64,000 nucleotides of DNA from Gemmatimonadales bacterium (GTDB lineage: Bacteria > Gemmatimonadota > Gemmatimonadetes > Gemmatimonadales > GWC2-71-9), in contig JBHEPH010000009.1 in assembly GCA_046260395.1 (NCBI GenBank), positions 5,520-69,519 on the forward strand. The letters are read 5' to 3'. Below, in pieces: positions 9,984 through 19,944 of the stretch; within the stretch, counting starts at the first letter, position 1; every line of letters begins with the position of its first letter. The notes below the pieces were generated by a model. It saw only the letters and a list, made by a program, of their open reading frames with translations. It had not been told where the DNA came from and did no database searches. Made by a program: the position numbers and the translations under genes.

Positions 9984-12650
9984 CTACCGAGGCCCAAACC
10001 GCGCCTGAATCTCCTCAAACCAGTTGAAGATCACGTTCAGCTCCCCGGACGCTCCCGCCGAGCTGCGGATCATCAGGAACCGACCGTCCTCCGCCACATC
10101 GTAGAATCGGCGGAAAACCCCCGTCATGGCGGCCATGTCCGTGAAGAGGATCTCCGGATTCTGGGCGGCGAAGCCGGACGATGTCGTTACTCCGACCGCC
10201 ACCACTTCTCCCCGGTCCGTGCGGTAGAAGAGCTCCCGCCCGTCCCGGCTCCAGAGTGGTTCACGCCCACCACCCACCGACACCTGCCACCGTGCCGACG
10301 CCACCTCCGGAAACGGCCGCACATAGACCTCGGCCACACCCGACTCCTCCGAGGTATAGGCGAGCCAGCGCGAGTCCGGCGACAAGACCGGGGCATACAT
10401 GTCGGCCGGACCATCGAGCAACATCCGCATGGCGGTGTCCACACCGATCTCCTGGACCAGGAGCTTGCGCGTACCGCCCCCCGAGCCGAAGGTCCGCCCG
10501 ATCAGCCAGCGACCATCCGGGGAAAAATCCACCTCATCCATCCGGCCGGGCCAGGTCGCCAGGAGGCTGGCGGTGCTGCCGCCATCGGCCCGCTGGACCC
10601 AGGCCTGCCGGCCACCGCCCTCGGCATCGGAGAGGAACGCGATCCGCTGGCCATCGGGGGACCAGACGGGGCGATCGCTGGCCCCTCCGGAAAATGTCAG
10701 CCGTGTGAAGGGCCCGGTGGGCAGCGACTTGATCCAGATCTGGGTCCCCTCAGAGGTGGCATTGGGGATGGCCACGCGGCGGCCATCGGGGGAGAGCGCG
10801 ATTCCCTCGGTAGGGTCGACCGTCCACGCGGAATCGATGACGCTGGACTCGCCCCCTCGAGTGACCCAGGTGGGATACGAGCGGCCCATGCCCAGCGCGG
10901 TCTGATAGACGAGCGTGCCCGTTTCGGACACGGCGAATTGCGCCGCGCCGCTCGTGTTGTCCATGGGAATCCCTTCCAGCACCACGGAGGGACGCCCGGT
11001 AACCCGCAAGCGGTCGGCATCGAAGGGGAGGAGGTGAACCCGCCCGTCCACGGTCGCGAAGAGCACGTGCCCCGTTCGCAGGTACCGCGCGAAGCCACCC
11101 ACTCCGATGGTATCCATCGTTCCGGTGGAAAAATCCAGTACACCGATCATGTTCTGCCCGGGCCCGCCGCGCCACAACTGGACAATGGCGCCTTTTCCAT
11201 TCGGCAGGACATCCACGAAATCGTGCTCGGTCACGCCCGGAATCGTGGAATCGATGGTCGAGACGATCGTCACCTCGCCGCCGGCCGATGGCACCCGCCC
11301 GAGCCGGCTGTCAATCCGGGTGAAGTAGATCATCCCGTCCTCGGTCCAGTCGCCACCCCAGGGCTCCGTATTCCCGGCCACGATCGTCTGCACCGTACCG
11401 CCCGTCGCGGGAATGGCCTTGAGGCTTCCCTGTACGCTCCGACCAATAAAGAAGCCAATCGTTTCACCGTCGGGAGAAAAGAACGGCGCCTGGGCGCCCT
11501 CCGTCCCCGCCAGGAAACGCGGGGTGGATTCGGCGAAATCGCGCACCACGATCCCCGGGAGGCCACCCGTTCCGCCGATCCAGGCCACCCGCCTGCCATC
11601 CGGGGAGATCGCCAGGCGCAGCGTGCCCACCGCCCGCAATCCCAGGCTGTCCGGGATGGTCATGGTCACCCGAACGACCTGGCCCGACGTGGCGGCGGGG
11701 CGTTTGAGCAGGAAGCCGAGCAGCGCCCCCGCCGCCAGCAGGATCAGCCCGGCCAGGGTCAGGACCCCGGTGCCGAGCCCGCGCACCGCAGGCCCAGCTC
11801 CAGCATGATGCCTGGACCCCGACCCCGGTGTGTTCAATGCCGCGGCAAACTCGGCGGCGCTGCCAAACCGGTCCGCGGGGAGTTTCTCGAGGGCCGTCAG
11901 TACCGCGGATTCGACATGCGGCGGCACCGTGCGCCGCTGCAGCGTCACCCCGCGGGGGGACTCGGTCATCACCCGCGCCACGATGGCCTGGGCGGTGGGA
12001 CCCGTGAACGGCGGCTCTCCCGTGAGCATCTCGTAGAGCACGCAGCCGAGGGCGTAGATGTCGGTGCGGGCGTCAATCTCGCGCGCGCCCATCGCCTGCT
12101 CGGGGGACATATAGTGCGGGGTACCGAGACTCATGCCGGTTTCGGTCATCCGGGTGCCGCCGGTGGTGGTGGCGGCGAGGGCGATGCCAAAGTCGGCCAC
12201 CAGGGCCTGACCGTCGTGCAACAGGATATTCTCGGGCTTGATGTCGCGGTGGATGACGCCCTTGCGGTGGGCGTAATCGAGTGCGCTGGCCACTTCGGTG
12301 GCCAGGCGCACCGCTTCCGCGACGGGCAGCTGCTTTTCATGCGCGATGCGATCGCGGAGCGTCTCGCCCTCCACGAACGGCATGGCGTAGAACACCGTGC
12401 CCTCGACGACGCCCGAATCGAACAGTGGCAGGATATGTGGATGCTGGAGGTTGGCGGTGGTCTTGATCTCGGCCAGGAACCGCTCCGCGCCGATGACGGC
12501 GGAGAGTTCGGGGCGCAGCACCTTGATGGCGACCTGGCGGTCATGCTTGAGGTCCTGAGCCAGGTAGACGGTGGCCATGCCGCCCTGGCCGAGTTCGCGC
12601 TCGATCCGGTAGCGGTCGGCGAGGCTTGCCCCGAGCGATTCAAAGGACAT
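9984..12650 (-). CDS. Receptor-type Ser/Thr protein kinase K3
   Basis: All Hanks motifs, TM LTLAGLILLAAGALLGFLL and SPDG propeller repeats. Confidence 0.96.
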   Translation of the reverse strand: MSFESLGASLADRYRIERELGQGGMATVYLAQDLKHDRQVAIKVLRPELSAVIGAERFLAEIKTTANLQHPHILPLFDSGVVEGTVFYAMPFVEGETLRDRIAHEKQLPVAEAVRLATEVASALDYAHRKGVIHRDIKPENILLHDGQALVADFGIALAATTTGGTRMTETGMSLGTPHYMSPEQAMGAREIDARTDIYALGCVLYEMLTGEPPFTGPTAQAIVARVMTESPRGVTLQRRTVPPHVESAVLTALEKLPADRFGSAAEFAAALNTPGSGSRHHAGAGPAVRGLGTGVLTLAGLILLAAGALLGFLLKRPAATSGQVVRVTMTIPDSLGLRAVGTLRLAISPDGRRVAWIGGTGGLPGIVVRDFAESTPRFLAGTEGAQAPFFSPDGETIGFFIGRSVQGSLKAIPATGGTVQTIVAGNTEPWGGDWTEDGMIYFTRIDSRLGRVPSAGGEVTIVSTIDSTIPGVTEHDFVDVLPNGKGAIVQLWRGGPGQNMIGVLDFSTGTMDTIGVGGFARYLRTGHVLFATVDGRVHLLPFDADRLRVTGRPSVVLEGIPMDNTSGAAQFAVSETGTLVYQTALGMGRSYPTWVTRGGESSVIDSAWTVDPTEGIALSPDGRRVAIPNATSEGTQIWIKSLPTGPFTRLTFSGGASDRPVWSPDGQRIAFLSDAEGGGRQAWVQRADGGSTASLLATWPGRMDEVDFSPDGRWLIGRTFGSGGGTRKLLVQEIGVDTAMRMLLDGPADMYAPVLSPDSRWLAYTSEESGVAEVYVRPFPEVASARWQVSVGGGREPLWSRDGRELFYRTDRGEVVAVGVTTSSGFAAQNPEILFTDMAAMTGVFRRFYDVAEDGRFLMIRSSAGASGELNVIFNWFEEIQARFGPR

Positions 12651-12713
12651 GGCTTGCCCCGGTGTCGTGGGAACTAGCCGAGTGGACGGCGGTGAGGCGT
12701 TCGAGGACGGCGG

Positions 12714-15388
12714 TCATGGTTTCGCCTTGGCCTTCAACTCCTCAATCCAGTTCTCGACCACCACGATCGCGGCCTCCCGGCCGGGATCTCCGCCGACCAG
12801 ACGCGCCATGAGGAACCGGCCATCGCGGGCGACGTCCCACGGCGCGTAGTACAGCGCCTCCGCACCCAGCAGTTCCTCGCGAACGCGGAACAAGACCTCA
12901 GGCGCGCCGACCACGAGGGCCGCGCCCGCGGCGACCGGCGCGGCCATCATATGGCGACTGGAACTCAGGTAGAAGAGTTGCCGTCCGTCACGCGACCAGA
13001 CCGGGGCGAGCCCACCACCGCTGGAGACCTGGGCCTTGCCCGCATCGGTGCCGGGGAACGGCCGCACGAACACCTCCGTCTGGCCGGTCTCATCGGACTG
13101 GTAGGCCATCCACCGGCCATCGGGGGAGAACGCCATCGCCATTTCGTCGAAGTCCGTCGCGAGCACTGGGCGTGGTGTCGAATCGGCACCGATGCGCACG
13201 CCGGTGATGTTGCGCCCACCGGCCACCTGGCCGACCGAGCCCTGGCGGAGGACGATCCACCGGTTGTCCGGCGTGATCAGGCCCTCATCGATGATGCCCT
13301 CCACCAGCAGGGAATCCGCCCCCGACCCATCCGCCCGACGCCAGTACAGTCCACTCGGGCGGCGATCTGACCGGAAGGTGACGTAGCGACTGTCGGCGGT
13401 CCACCGGGGCCGCGAGTCCGAGAAGGGATCGAAAGTGACTCGGTACGGTGCCCCCCTCGGCAGCGGCTTGACCCAGATATCATCACCCAAGCTGGTGGCA
13501 AGCCCGATCGCGACCCGGGATCCGTCCGGAGAGAGCGCCCACCCGTGGTTGTTGGCGGTGGCGGTCAATTGGAAGGTCCAGGCGGTGTCCACCGGTGTCT
13601 CCCGTCCGACCTGATCCACCCAGACCATCTCGAAGGTCCGACCGGTGATGTTTCCCTCTCCGACCACCATGACGAGCGTGCCGGCGGCCGACACGCGGAG
13701 CAACTGGTTTCCGGCGTTGACAGCGAGCTGCTCACCGAGTGGGACGGGCGTTCCCGCGACCTCGAGGCGACCCACGTCGAACGGGACGGCGAACAACGCT
13801 CCGTCACCGCTGGTGTAGATGAGATGCCCCGTCGGCACAAAGGCCCCCTCGAAGGCGTCCCGCAGCAGCGGGTGAGCGCTGTCGGTCTCGAGGTCGAGCG
13901 CCCAGAGCTGGCCCTCGACACAACCGGGCAGACAGGAAAGGAAGATCACGCCACGCGCACCGGGCAGCGCCGTAGGGAGCATGGAGACCAACGAATCGGA
14001 CTGCCAAACCACCGACGCCGTGCTGGCCTCGGCCGACACCCGCATCAGCCCCCTCGCGCCCCGCATCGGATAGATGATGGAGCCGTCGGCGAGCCAGGTC
14101 ACGCCGAACTGACTGGCGACGTCGGTGCTGGACACCAAAATCGCCGAGCCTCCCACCACGGGAATCTTGTTGAGCCGACCGTTGAGGATGAAGGCGATCC
14201 ACTCCCCGTCCGGCGACAAGGTGAAGCTCTGGGTTCCGGTGGTGCCAAGGATGGGGGTGGCGGTGTAGCTGTCGCGACGCTTGATCCAGAGTTGGTTGCC
14301 GGCTTCGCCGGGCCCGAGGTACACCAGGAACGAGCCATCAGGGGAAGGAGTCGCCGCTCCGCTGCCCAGCACCGGCGCCTGGGAGGCGGGAAGGGCCAGG
14401 CCGTAGCGGATGACGGGGGGGGTGGGCACCGGGCGGAGCCAACCCCAACCCGCGACTGCCGCGGTGAGGAGGAGAACGGCGCCCAGGAGGGCGGGTTGGC
14501 CTGGCGGCCGGAGAGCCCGGTGCCCGGCGGCGACTCGCCGGGCTGCAAGCCCCGTGCCCGGCCCGCCCTCTCCGGCCAGCGCGGCGCTGAACTCTGCGGC
14601 ACTCGCAAACCGATCCGCCGGCAACTTGGCCAGGGCGGTGAGCACCGCATCCTCCACGGCCGGCGGGATCGTCTTTCGCCGCATCGTTGGCGGCCGGGGA
14701 TCTTCGGTGATCACCTGGGCCACGATGGCCTGTGCCGTCGAGCCGGTGAACGGCGGATCGCCGGTCAGCATTTCATAAGTCACGCAGCCCAGGGCATACA
14801 CATCGGAGCGGGCGGTGATCTCGCGTTCGCCCATTGCCTGTTCGGGGCTCATGTAGTGGGGGTGCCGAGGCTCATCCCCGTCTCGGTCATCCGGGAGCCG
14901 GCACTGGTCGCGGCCAGCGCAATACCGAAATCGGCCACCAGCGCGCTGCCATCGTGCAGCAGAATGTTCTCGGGCTTGATGTCCCGATGAATCACTCCAT
15001 GGCGGTGGGCGTAATCGAGAGCGCTGGCGATTTCCCGCGCGATGCGAACGGATTCGTCAATCGGGAGCTGCTTCTCGCGAGTCAGGCGGTCGCGGAGCGA
15101 CTCGCCCTCGACGTACGGCATGACATAGTAGAGGAATGCCCCCGCCACCCCGCTGTCGTGCAGCGGCAGGATGTGCGGATGCTGCAGATTGGCGGTGGTC
15201 TTGATCTCGGCCAGGAATCGCTCGGCGCCGATCACCGCGGCGAGCTCGGGCCGCAGCACCTTGAGAGCCACCTGGCGGTCGTGCTTGAGGTCTTGAGCCA
15301 GGTAGACGGTGGCCATGCCGCCCTGGCCGAGCTCGCGCTCGATCCGGTAGCGGTCGGACAGGCTTGCCCCGAGGGCCTCAATTCCCAT
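12714..15388 (-). pseudogene. Receptor-type Ser/Thr protein kinase K4, split by a 1-nt deletion in a G5 run (real frameshift or sequencing error)
   Basis: ORF 14849..15388 ends ..SLGTPTT and ORF 12714..14852 begins MSPEQ. Paralogues read GTPHYMSPEQ, and one extra G at 14858-14862 restores the frame. Confidence 0.85.
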
Positions 15389-15426
15389 GGCAGATACCCT
15401 GATCTGGATGGCCCGAGGGGGCCGCG
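15345..15426. repeat. Direct repeat copy 1 (K4 leader and first codons)
   Basis: 75/82 identical to 16994..17075 by manual alignment. Confidence 0.92.
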
Positions 15427-15439
15427 GTGAGGCACTCGT

Positions 15440-15961
15440 TCACGGCGGGAAGATCGCGTCGACGGCGCGCCGAAACGACGGCGGGTCGATCGCTGGAAAG
15501 CGATACAACTGAGGTTCCAGCAGGGCAAACTGGCGCCGCACTTCCGTCGTCTCGATCAGCCCTCGGTTGCGCATCGCGTCCACATCCGCCAGGTCACGGG
15601 CATGCCCCCGTTCGATCTTGGCCAGGGCCTGGGCCGTGAAGTCATAGTGGTGAAAAGTGACCCGCCCGATGCGCACGATGACCGGGCTGCGCTCCTCCCA
15701 CCCCGCGGGGACGGGAATGAACTGGTCCGGCGACGCAAGCTCGACGTTCAGCCGGAGCCGCTCCTTGAGGACCGGAATCGCCCGGAGCATGGCGTCGGAT
15801 TCGGGACGCATTACGAGGTCAACATCAATCGTCGTCGGGCGCCATCCGATCAGGACCGCCGAGGTGCCGCCGACGAGATAGACATCGGTTTCCGCGGTGG
15901 CCTCGCGCGCCAAGGCCGCGAGGAAGGCCTCAATTCGGGACTGATCCGCTACCTCGCGCAT
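15440..15961 (-). CDS. DUF6036-like nucleotidyltransferase, NTase-2
   Basis: VYLVGGTSAVLIGWRPTTIDVDL and ALAKIERGHARDLADV motifs. Confidence 0.82.
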   Translation of the reverse strand: MREVADQSRIEAFLAALAREATAETDVYLVGGTSAVLIGWRPTTIDVDLVMRPESDAMLRAIPVLKERLRLNVELASPDQFIPVPAGWEERSPVIVRIGRVTFHHYDFTAQALAKIERGHARDLADVDAMRNRGLIETTEVRRQFALLEPQLYRFPAIDPPSFRRAVDAIFPP

Positions 15962-16221
15962 GCGCTGGCACGCTGGAAGCTCACCAGTCGGCGCAGGAGC
16001 GCATTGTAGCGGGCGTGGGCCCCGGCCCCGTGCCGCTCCGCCAGGAGCCGATAGAGCCGGAGTTCCGGGTCCACCAAGGGCTCGGGCACGACGAACCCCA
16101 GCGTACGCAGACCCGGCGCGCCGAGCGAGACGAGGAGTGCCTCGATGGTTTCGGCACGTTCGTCGAGGTCGCGCAGACCCCGCTCCACGAGTTCGCCTCC
16201 CGGCAGTCCGTCCGGTGTCAT
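15949..16221 (-). CDS. Small helical partner protein of NTase-2 (putative antitoxin)
   Basis: 90 aa, LPGGELVERGLRDL...AHARYNALLRRLVSF. TAGATT -10 box 7 nt before ATG 16221. Overlaps NTase-2 by 13 nt. Confidence 0.7.
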   Translation of the reverse strand: MTPDGLPGGELVERGLRDLDERAETIEALLVSLGAPGLRTLGFVVPEPLVDPELRLYRLLAERHGAGAHARYNALLRRLVSFQRASACAR

Positions 16222-16303
16222 GGGTTCGAATCTATCGTCCCCCGACGGGTTCGGCCAGCCGAGACGCACGCTCGCGCCGCGGTGCCGAGGCGCTCGATGG
16301 TGG

Positions 16304-16693
16304 TCATGCGGGAAGCACCTCGATGTCGTACTGGCGGAACTGCCCATCCGCACTGATGATCGGCACCCCTTCCACCTGAGCCTGGGCCACCAGCAGCCGG
16401 TCGAAGGGGTCGCGATGGTGCTCGGGCAGCTCGGCGACGTGGAGCGCGTGTCGATGATGGATGGGCAACGGGGTGACGCTGGTGTGGACCATCATGCGCG
16501 GGATGTATTTCGCGGGGGATTCGGGGAGCTGGAGCTTGCCGAGTCCATGCTTGATGGCGATCTCCCACGCACTCACCGCGGAGAACAACAGTTCATTGTC
16601 CGCCGCGACGAGCAGCGACCGGCTTTCGACTGAAAGCCGGTCGGGCGCCGCCAGCATCCAGAGCCAGACCTGGGTGTCGAGGAGGACTCTCAC
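16304..16693 (-). CDS. vapC: VapC PIN-domain toxin
   Basis: LLDTQVWLW, SAVSAWEIAIK, HHRDPFDRLLVAQA and IISAD motifs. Confidence 0.95.
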   Translation of the reverse strand: MRVLLDTQVWLWMLAAPDRLSVESRSLLVAADNELLFSAVSAWEIAIKHGLGKLQLPESPAKYIPRMMVHTSVTPLPIHHRHALHVAELPEHHRDPFDRLLVAQAQVEGVPIISADGQFRQYDIEVLPA

Positions 16694-16935
16694 TGCGCGA
16701 ACGCATCGAGGAGATCCGGCGGGAGCGCGTCGAAGTCGTCGGCGATTTGCACCGTGCCCCGCTCACTGCCGAGCGGTCGTTCGGTCCCGGGTGCGAGGAT
16801 GGGGACCAATCGGGCGACCGGGACACCCGCCCGGGCGATGATGACCTCCTCGCCATCGGCCGTCTGCTCGAGCAGCTTCGAGAGATTGGTCTTGGCCTCG
16901 TGCACGTTGTAGGTCCGGGAGGCGGGATGTTTCAT
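16690..16935 (-). CDS. Phd/YefM-family antitoxin
   Basis: NVHEAKTNLSKLLE..GEEVIIARAGVPVARLVP. 4-nt overlap with vapC. Confidence 0.95.
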   Translation of the reverse strand: MKHPASRTYNVHEAKTNLSKLLEQTADGEEVIIARAGVPVARLVPILAPGTERPLGSERGTVQIADDFDALPPDLLDAFAQ

Positions 16936-16941
16936 GGTTTC

Positions 16942-16970
16942 AACTTAGCTAAGGACGCGGGCTAAGTCAA
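16942..16970 (-). promoter_or_regulatory. Sigma70-type promoter with inverted-repeat operator of phd-vapC (leaderless)
   Basis: TTGACT-17 bp-TAAGTT, 6 nt before the ATG. ACTTAGC/GCTAAGT inverted repeat and CTTAGCTAAG palindrome overlap it. Confidence 0.7.
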
Positions 16971-17037
16971 GCTTCTGGGTCCCGCGCCCGAGGCGGTAGC
17001 GGTCGGAGAGGCTTGCCCCGATGGCCTCAATTCCCAT
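16945..17037 (-). pseudogene. Truncated kinase 5' remnant (30-aa mini-ORF MGIEAIGASLSDRYRLGRG...)
   Basis: First 16 codons match K4 MGIEALGASLSDRYRI at 14 of 16 residues, then the ORF runs into the TA promoter. Confidence 0.8.
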
Positions 17038-17075
17038 GGCAGATGCCCCGAACAGAATGGCCCGAGGGGGCCGCG
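16994..17075. repeat. Direct repeat copy 2 (kinase leader and first codons)
   Basis: Matches 15345..15426 at an offset of 1649 bp. Confidence 0.92.
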
Positions 17076-17094
17076 CCCAGGCGCGATGGGAGCG

Positions 17095-19794
17095 TCACTG
17101 CCGCGCCCGGAGCGTGCCCAGGAAATTCTGGATCAGCACCAGTTCGGTGGCCGTCGAGTCGCTGCGCGCGGCACTCCAGAGCCGCAGGAAGCGCTGGTCA
17201 TCCAGCCCGACTTCATAGAGCGGCATGACCCCGATCGCGTGGAGCAGTTGACGTCGTCCGATCGACAGCGCCGGGTCGGTCCGGATCTCGACCGCCATGA
17301 ACCCGTTGGAGAGGTTCAGGAAGAAGAGTTCCTTGCCGGTGCGCGACCACCGGGGATTGTACCCTCCGTCGAGCGAGACTTGCCACTCGCCCCGGTTCAC
17401 GTCGGGGAAGGGGCGGATATACACCTCGATCCGCCCCGACTCTTCCGAAGCATAGGCGAGCCACCTGCCGTCCGGGGAGAGGGCCGGCATTCCCTCGTAG
17501 GCGGGGCCCTCGAGCAGGGGGATCATTGCCGTGTCAATGCCGGGCTGGAACGCCAGGAGGTCCCCACCACCACCCGAAATCCCCATGGTTCCCACGACCA
17601 CCCATCCGTCCCGGCTGGAGACGGCTGCCGACGCAACGCCCCGTGGATCGGTCAGGAGGGGCTCGGGCGAACCGGTACCGTCGGCGCGGAGCCGGAATAG
17701 CTGGAACCGCAGGTTCGGATCGTCGGGCGGTGCGGAGGCATAGACGATGGACTGGCCATCGGCGGTCCACGCGGCCTGCCTGTTGACACGGGTGAAGGTC
17801 AACTTGGAAACCGGACCGTCGTCCAGGTCCTTGACCCAGATGTCGCTGGCGCCTCCGGGCCCGGCAATATTGGAGCCGATCGTGAGGGCGAGCCGCTTTC
17901 CGTCCGGCGAGAGCGCCCAATCCTGGATCGTTTCCGGCGGGATGTCCCAGCCCGGGTCGACCAACGTTGCGCTGCCATCCCGGCGGACCCAGGAGGGCCG
18001 CTGCCCGCCCTGCACCGTGGAACTCACGTAGAGGAGATCCCCCGTGGGGGCGAGCGCCAGGTCCACGCCGCCGAACCCGGCAACCCCCAACCCCTCTACG
18101 ATCGGGGTCGGGGACCCGGTGAACTCCATCCGGTCCTGGTCAAAGGGGGCCGCCAGCATCACCCCGTCGGCGCTCACATACACCAGGTGGCCGGTCGGCG
18201 TGTACCGGGCCACCAGACCGGGGACCAGGACCCGGGACTCGCGGGTGACGAGGTCAATCACCTTGAGGAGGTAGCTCCGGGTGGACTCGCCCGCCCGGCG
18301 TGAGCGGTACACCAGGCCCTTGCCGTTGGGGAGCGGCTCGGGCCAGGCGAAGCCGACCTCTCCGTTCGCGACATCGAGGGCCACCACCACCTCGCGGTCA
18401 CTCCCGTCTCCTCGCACCCGGTCCAGGCTGTTGCCGGCGTCGAAGTAGACCCAGTCGTCCTTGCTCCAGGCCACCCCGCCACCGATCACGGCACTGTCTG
18501 CCAGGGTCACCGCCGGGGCCCCGTTGATCGCCACCACGCGGACGGTGAACGGACCGGTCCCGAGGAAGGCGATCCGGCTCCCGTCCGGAGAAAAGCTCGG
18601 CGACATCCCCCCTTCGGTGCCCGGCAGCGCCGTAGCCTCGAGCTGCCCGAAGGGCCGGAGCAGGAGCATTGGCCTGCCGGTTTCGTCCACGCCGGCGTAG
18701 ACGAACCCCGAGCCATCCGGGGCCAGGGCAAGGCGATTGATGCCCAACGGGCTCAGTGGATTACTGCGGGCGAAGGCCAGGCTCAGGCGCCGGACCGGTG
18801 CCTCAGGGGCTGGACGGGTGGCGAACCAGGCGGCGGCCAAGGTGGCGACCAGGGCCACACTCGCCATGGCCAGAGTGAGCGGATTCCAGGGCGAGCGAGA
18901 TGCCCCTCGCCCAACGCTGGTACCGGTCATCCCTTGGACCGTGAAGGCGGTGTTGCCCAACGCCTCGGCGAACTCCGCGGCGGTGGCAAAGCGGTCCGCC
19001 GGGAGCCGCTCCAGCGCCCTGTGGATCGCGGCCGCCACATGATCCGGCACCGAACTCCTCGCCTTGGTGACCAGCGGTGCCGTCTCGGTCAGGATCTTGG
19101 CCACGATGGCCTGGGCGGAATTCCCGGTGAACGGCGGAGACCCGGTGAGCATCTCGTAGAGCATGGCGCCGAGCGAGTAGATGTCGCTGCGGGCAGTGAT
19201 CTCCCGGTCGCCCATCGCCTGCTCGGGGCTCATGTATGAAGGGGTGCCAACCGAGAGTCCGGTGCCGGTGAGCCGGGTGCCGCCGGCCTCACGAATGGCC
19301 AGTGCGATCCCGAAGTCGGCGACCATCGCCTGCCCATCATGGAGCAGGACGTTCTCGGGCTTGATGTCGCGGTGGATCACCCCATGACGGTGGGCGTAGT
19401 CCAGCGCTGCCGCCACACTGCGGGTCAATTCGACCGCCTCCTTGACGCTGAGTTCCTTCTCGCGCTGGAGCTTGTCGCGCAGGGTGTCACCCTGCACAAA
19501 GGGCATGACATAATAGAGAAAGCGGGAGCCCTCCCCTTCGCCGGCCTGGGCGATACCGGAGTCAAAGAGCGGCAGGATGTGGGGGTGCTGCAGGTTGGCG
19601 GTGACCTCGATTTCCTTGAGGAACCGCTCGGCACCAATCATCGCGGCCAGCTCGGCGGCCAGGACCTTGACGGCCACCTTGCGGTTGTGGCGCAGGTCGT
19701 GGGCCAGGTAGACGGTGGCCATGCCCCCCTGGCCGATTTCCCGTTCGATCCGGTAGCGGTCGGCCAGGCTCGCCGCCAGGCGTTCGAGAATCAT
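17095..19794 (-). CDS. Receptor-type Ser/Thr protein kinase K5
   Basis: Start MILERLAASLADRY chosen by paralogue alignment. Hanks motifs, TM helix and SPDG repeats. Confidence 0.95.
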   Translation of the reverse strand: MILERLAASLADRYRIEREIGQGGMATVYLAHDLRHNRKVAVKVLAAELAAMIGAERFLKEIEVTANLQHPHILPLFDSGIAQAGEGEGSRFLYYVMPFVQGDTLRDKLQREKELSVKEAVELTRSVAAALDYAHRHGVIHRDIKPENVLLHDGQAMVADFGIALAIREAGGTRLTGTGLSVGTPSYMSPEQAMGDREITARSDIYSLGAMLYEMLTGSPPFTGNSAQAIVAKILTETAPLVTKARSSVPDHVAAAIHRALERLPADRFATAAEFAEALGNTAFTVQGMTGTSVGRGASRSPWNPLTLAMASVALVATLAAAWFATRPAPEAPVRRLSLAFARSNPLSPLGINRLALAPDGSGFVYAGVDETGRPMLLLRPFGQLEATALPGTEGGMSPSFSPDGSRIAFLGTGPFTVRVVAINGAPAVTLADSAVIGGGVAWSKDDWVYFDAGNSLDRVRGDGSDREVVVALDVANGEVGFAWPEPLPNGKGLVYRSRRAGESTRSYLLKVIDLVTRESRVLVPGLVARYTPTGHLVYVSADGVMLAAPFDQDRMEFTGSPTPIVEGLGVAGFGGVDLALAPTGDLLYVSSTVQGGQRPSWVRRDGSATLVDPGWDIPPETIQDWALSPDGKRLALTIGSNIAGPGGASDIWVKDLDDGPVSKLTFTRVNRQAAWTADGQSIVYASAPPDDPNLRFQLFRLRADGTGSPEPLLTDPRGVASAAVSSRDGWVVVGTMGISGGGGDLLAFQPGIDTAMIPLLEGPAYEGMPALSPDGRWLAYASEESGRIEVYIRPFPDVNRGEWQVSLDGGYNPRWSRTGKELFFLNLSNGFMAVEIRTDPALSIGRRQLLHAIGVMPLYEVGLDDQRFLRLWSAARSDSTATELVLIQNFLGTLRARQ

Positions 19795-19944
19795 CGCAGG
19801 GCCTGGCGGACGGCACCAGCGGTGGATGTGCCGAAACACGGCTCCAGCGGATGGTTCACGTGATCTCCAGCAAGGGAGGCCCCTGAAGATGGCGCGCGGG
19901 GGTCGCCCGCGATAGCCCCCGCCCCGCGAGCCGGCCGGTGGCCA

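Noticed and set aside
9225-12677. 1150-aa plus-strand ORF and similar long antisense ORFs (431..1360, 2842..4773, 20119..22797, 47732..49633, 60439..62136)
   Set aside because: Shadow ORFs opposite well-supported genes in high-GC DNA. The recurring 'QQDVLGLDVAVD' peptide is just the reverse complement of the kinase HRDIKPENILL motif.
14415-14422. G8 run just past the K4 TM helix as a phase-variation site
   Set aside because: It is in frame and encodes a Pro-rich linker. There is no evidence of variability from a single sequence.
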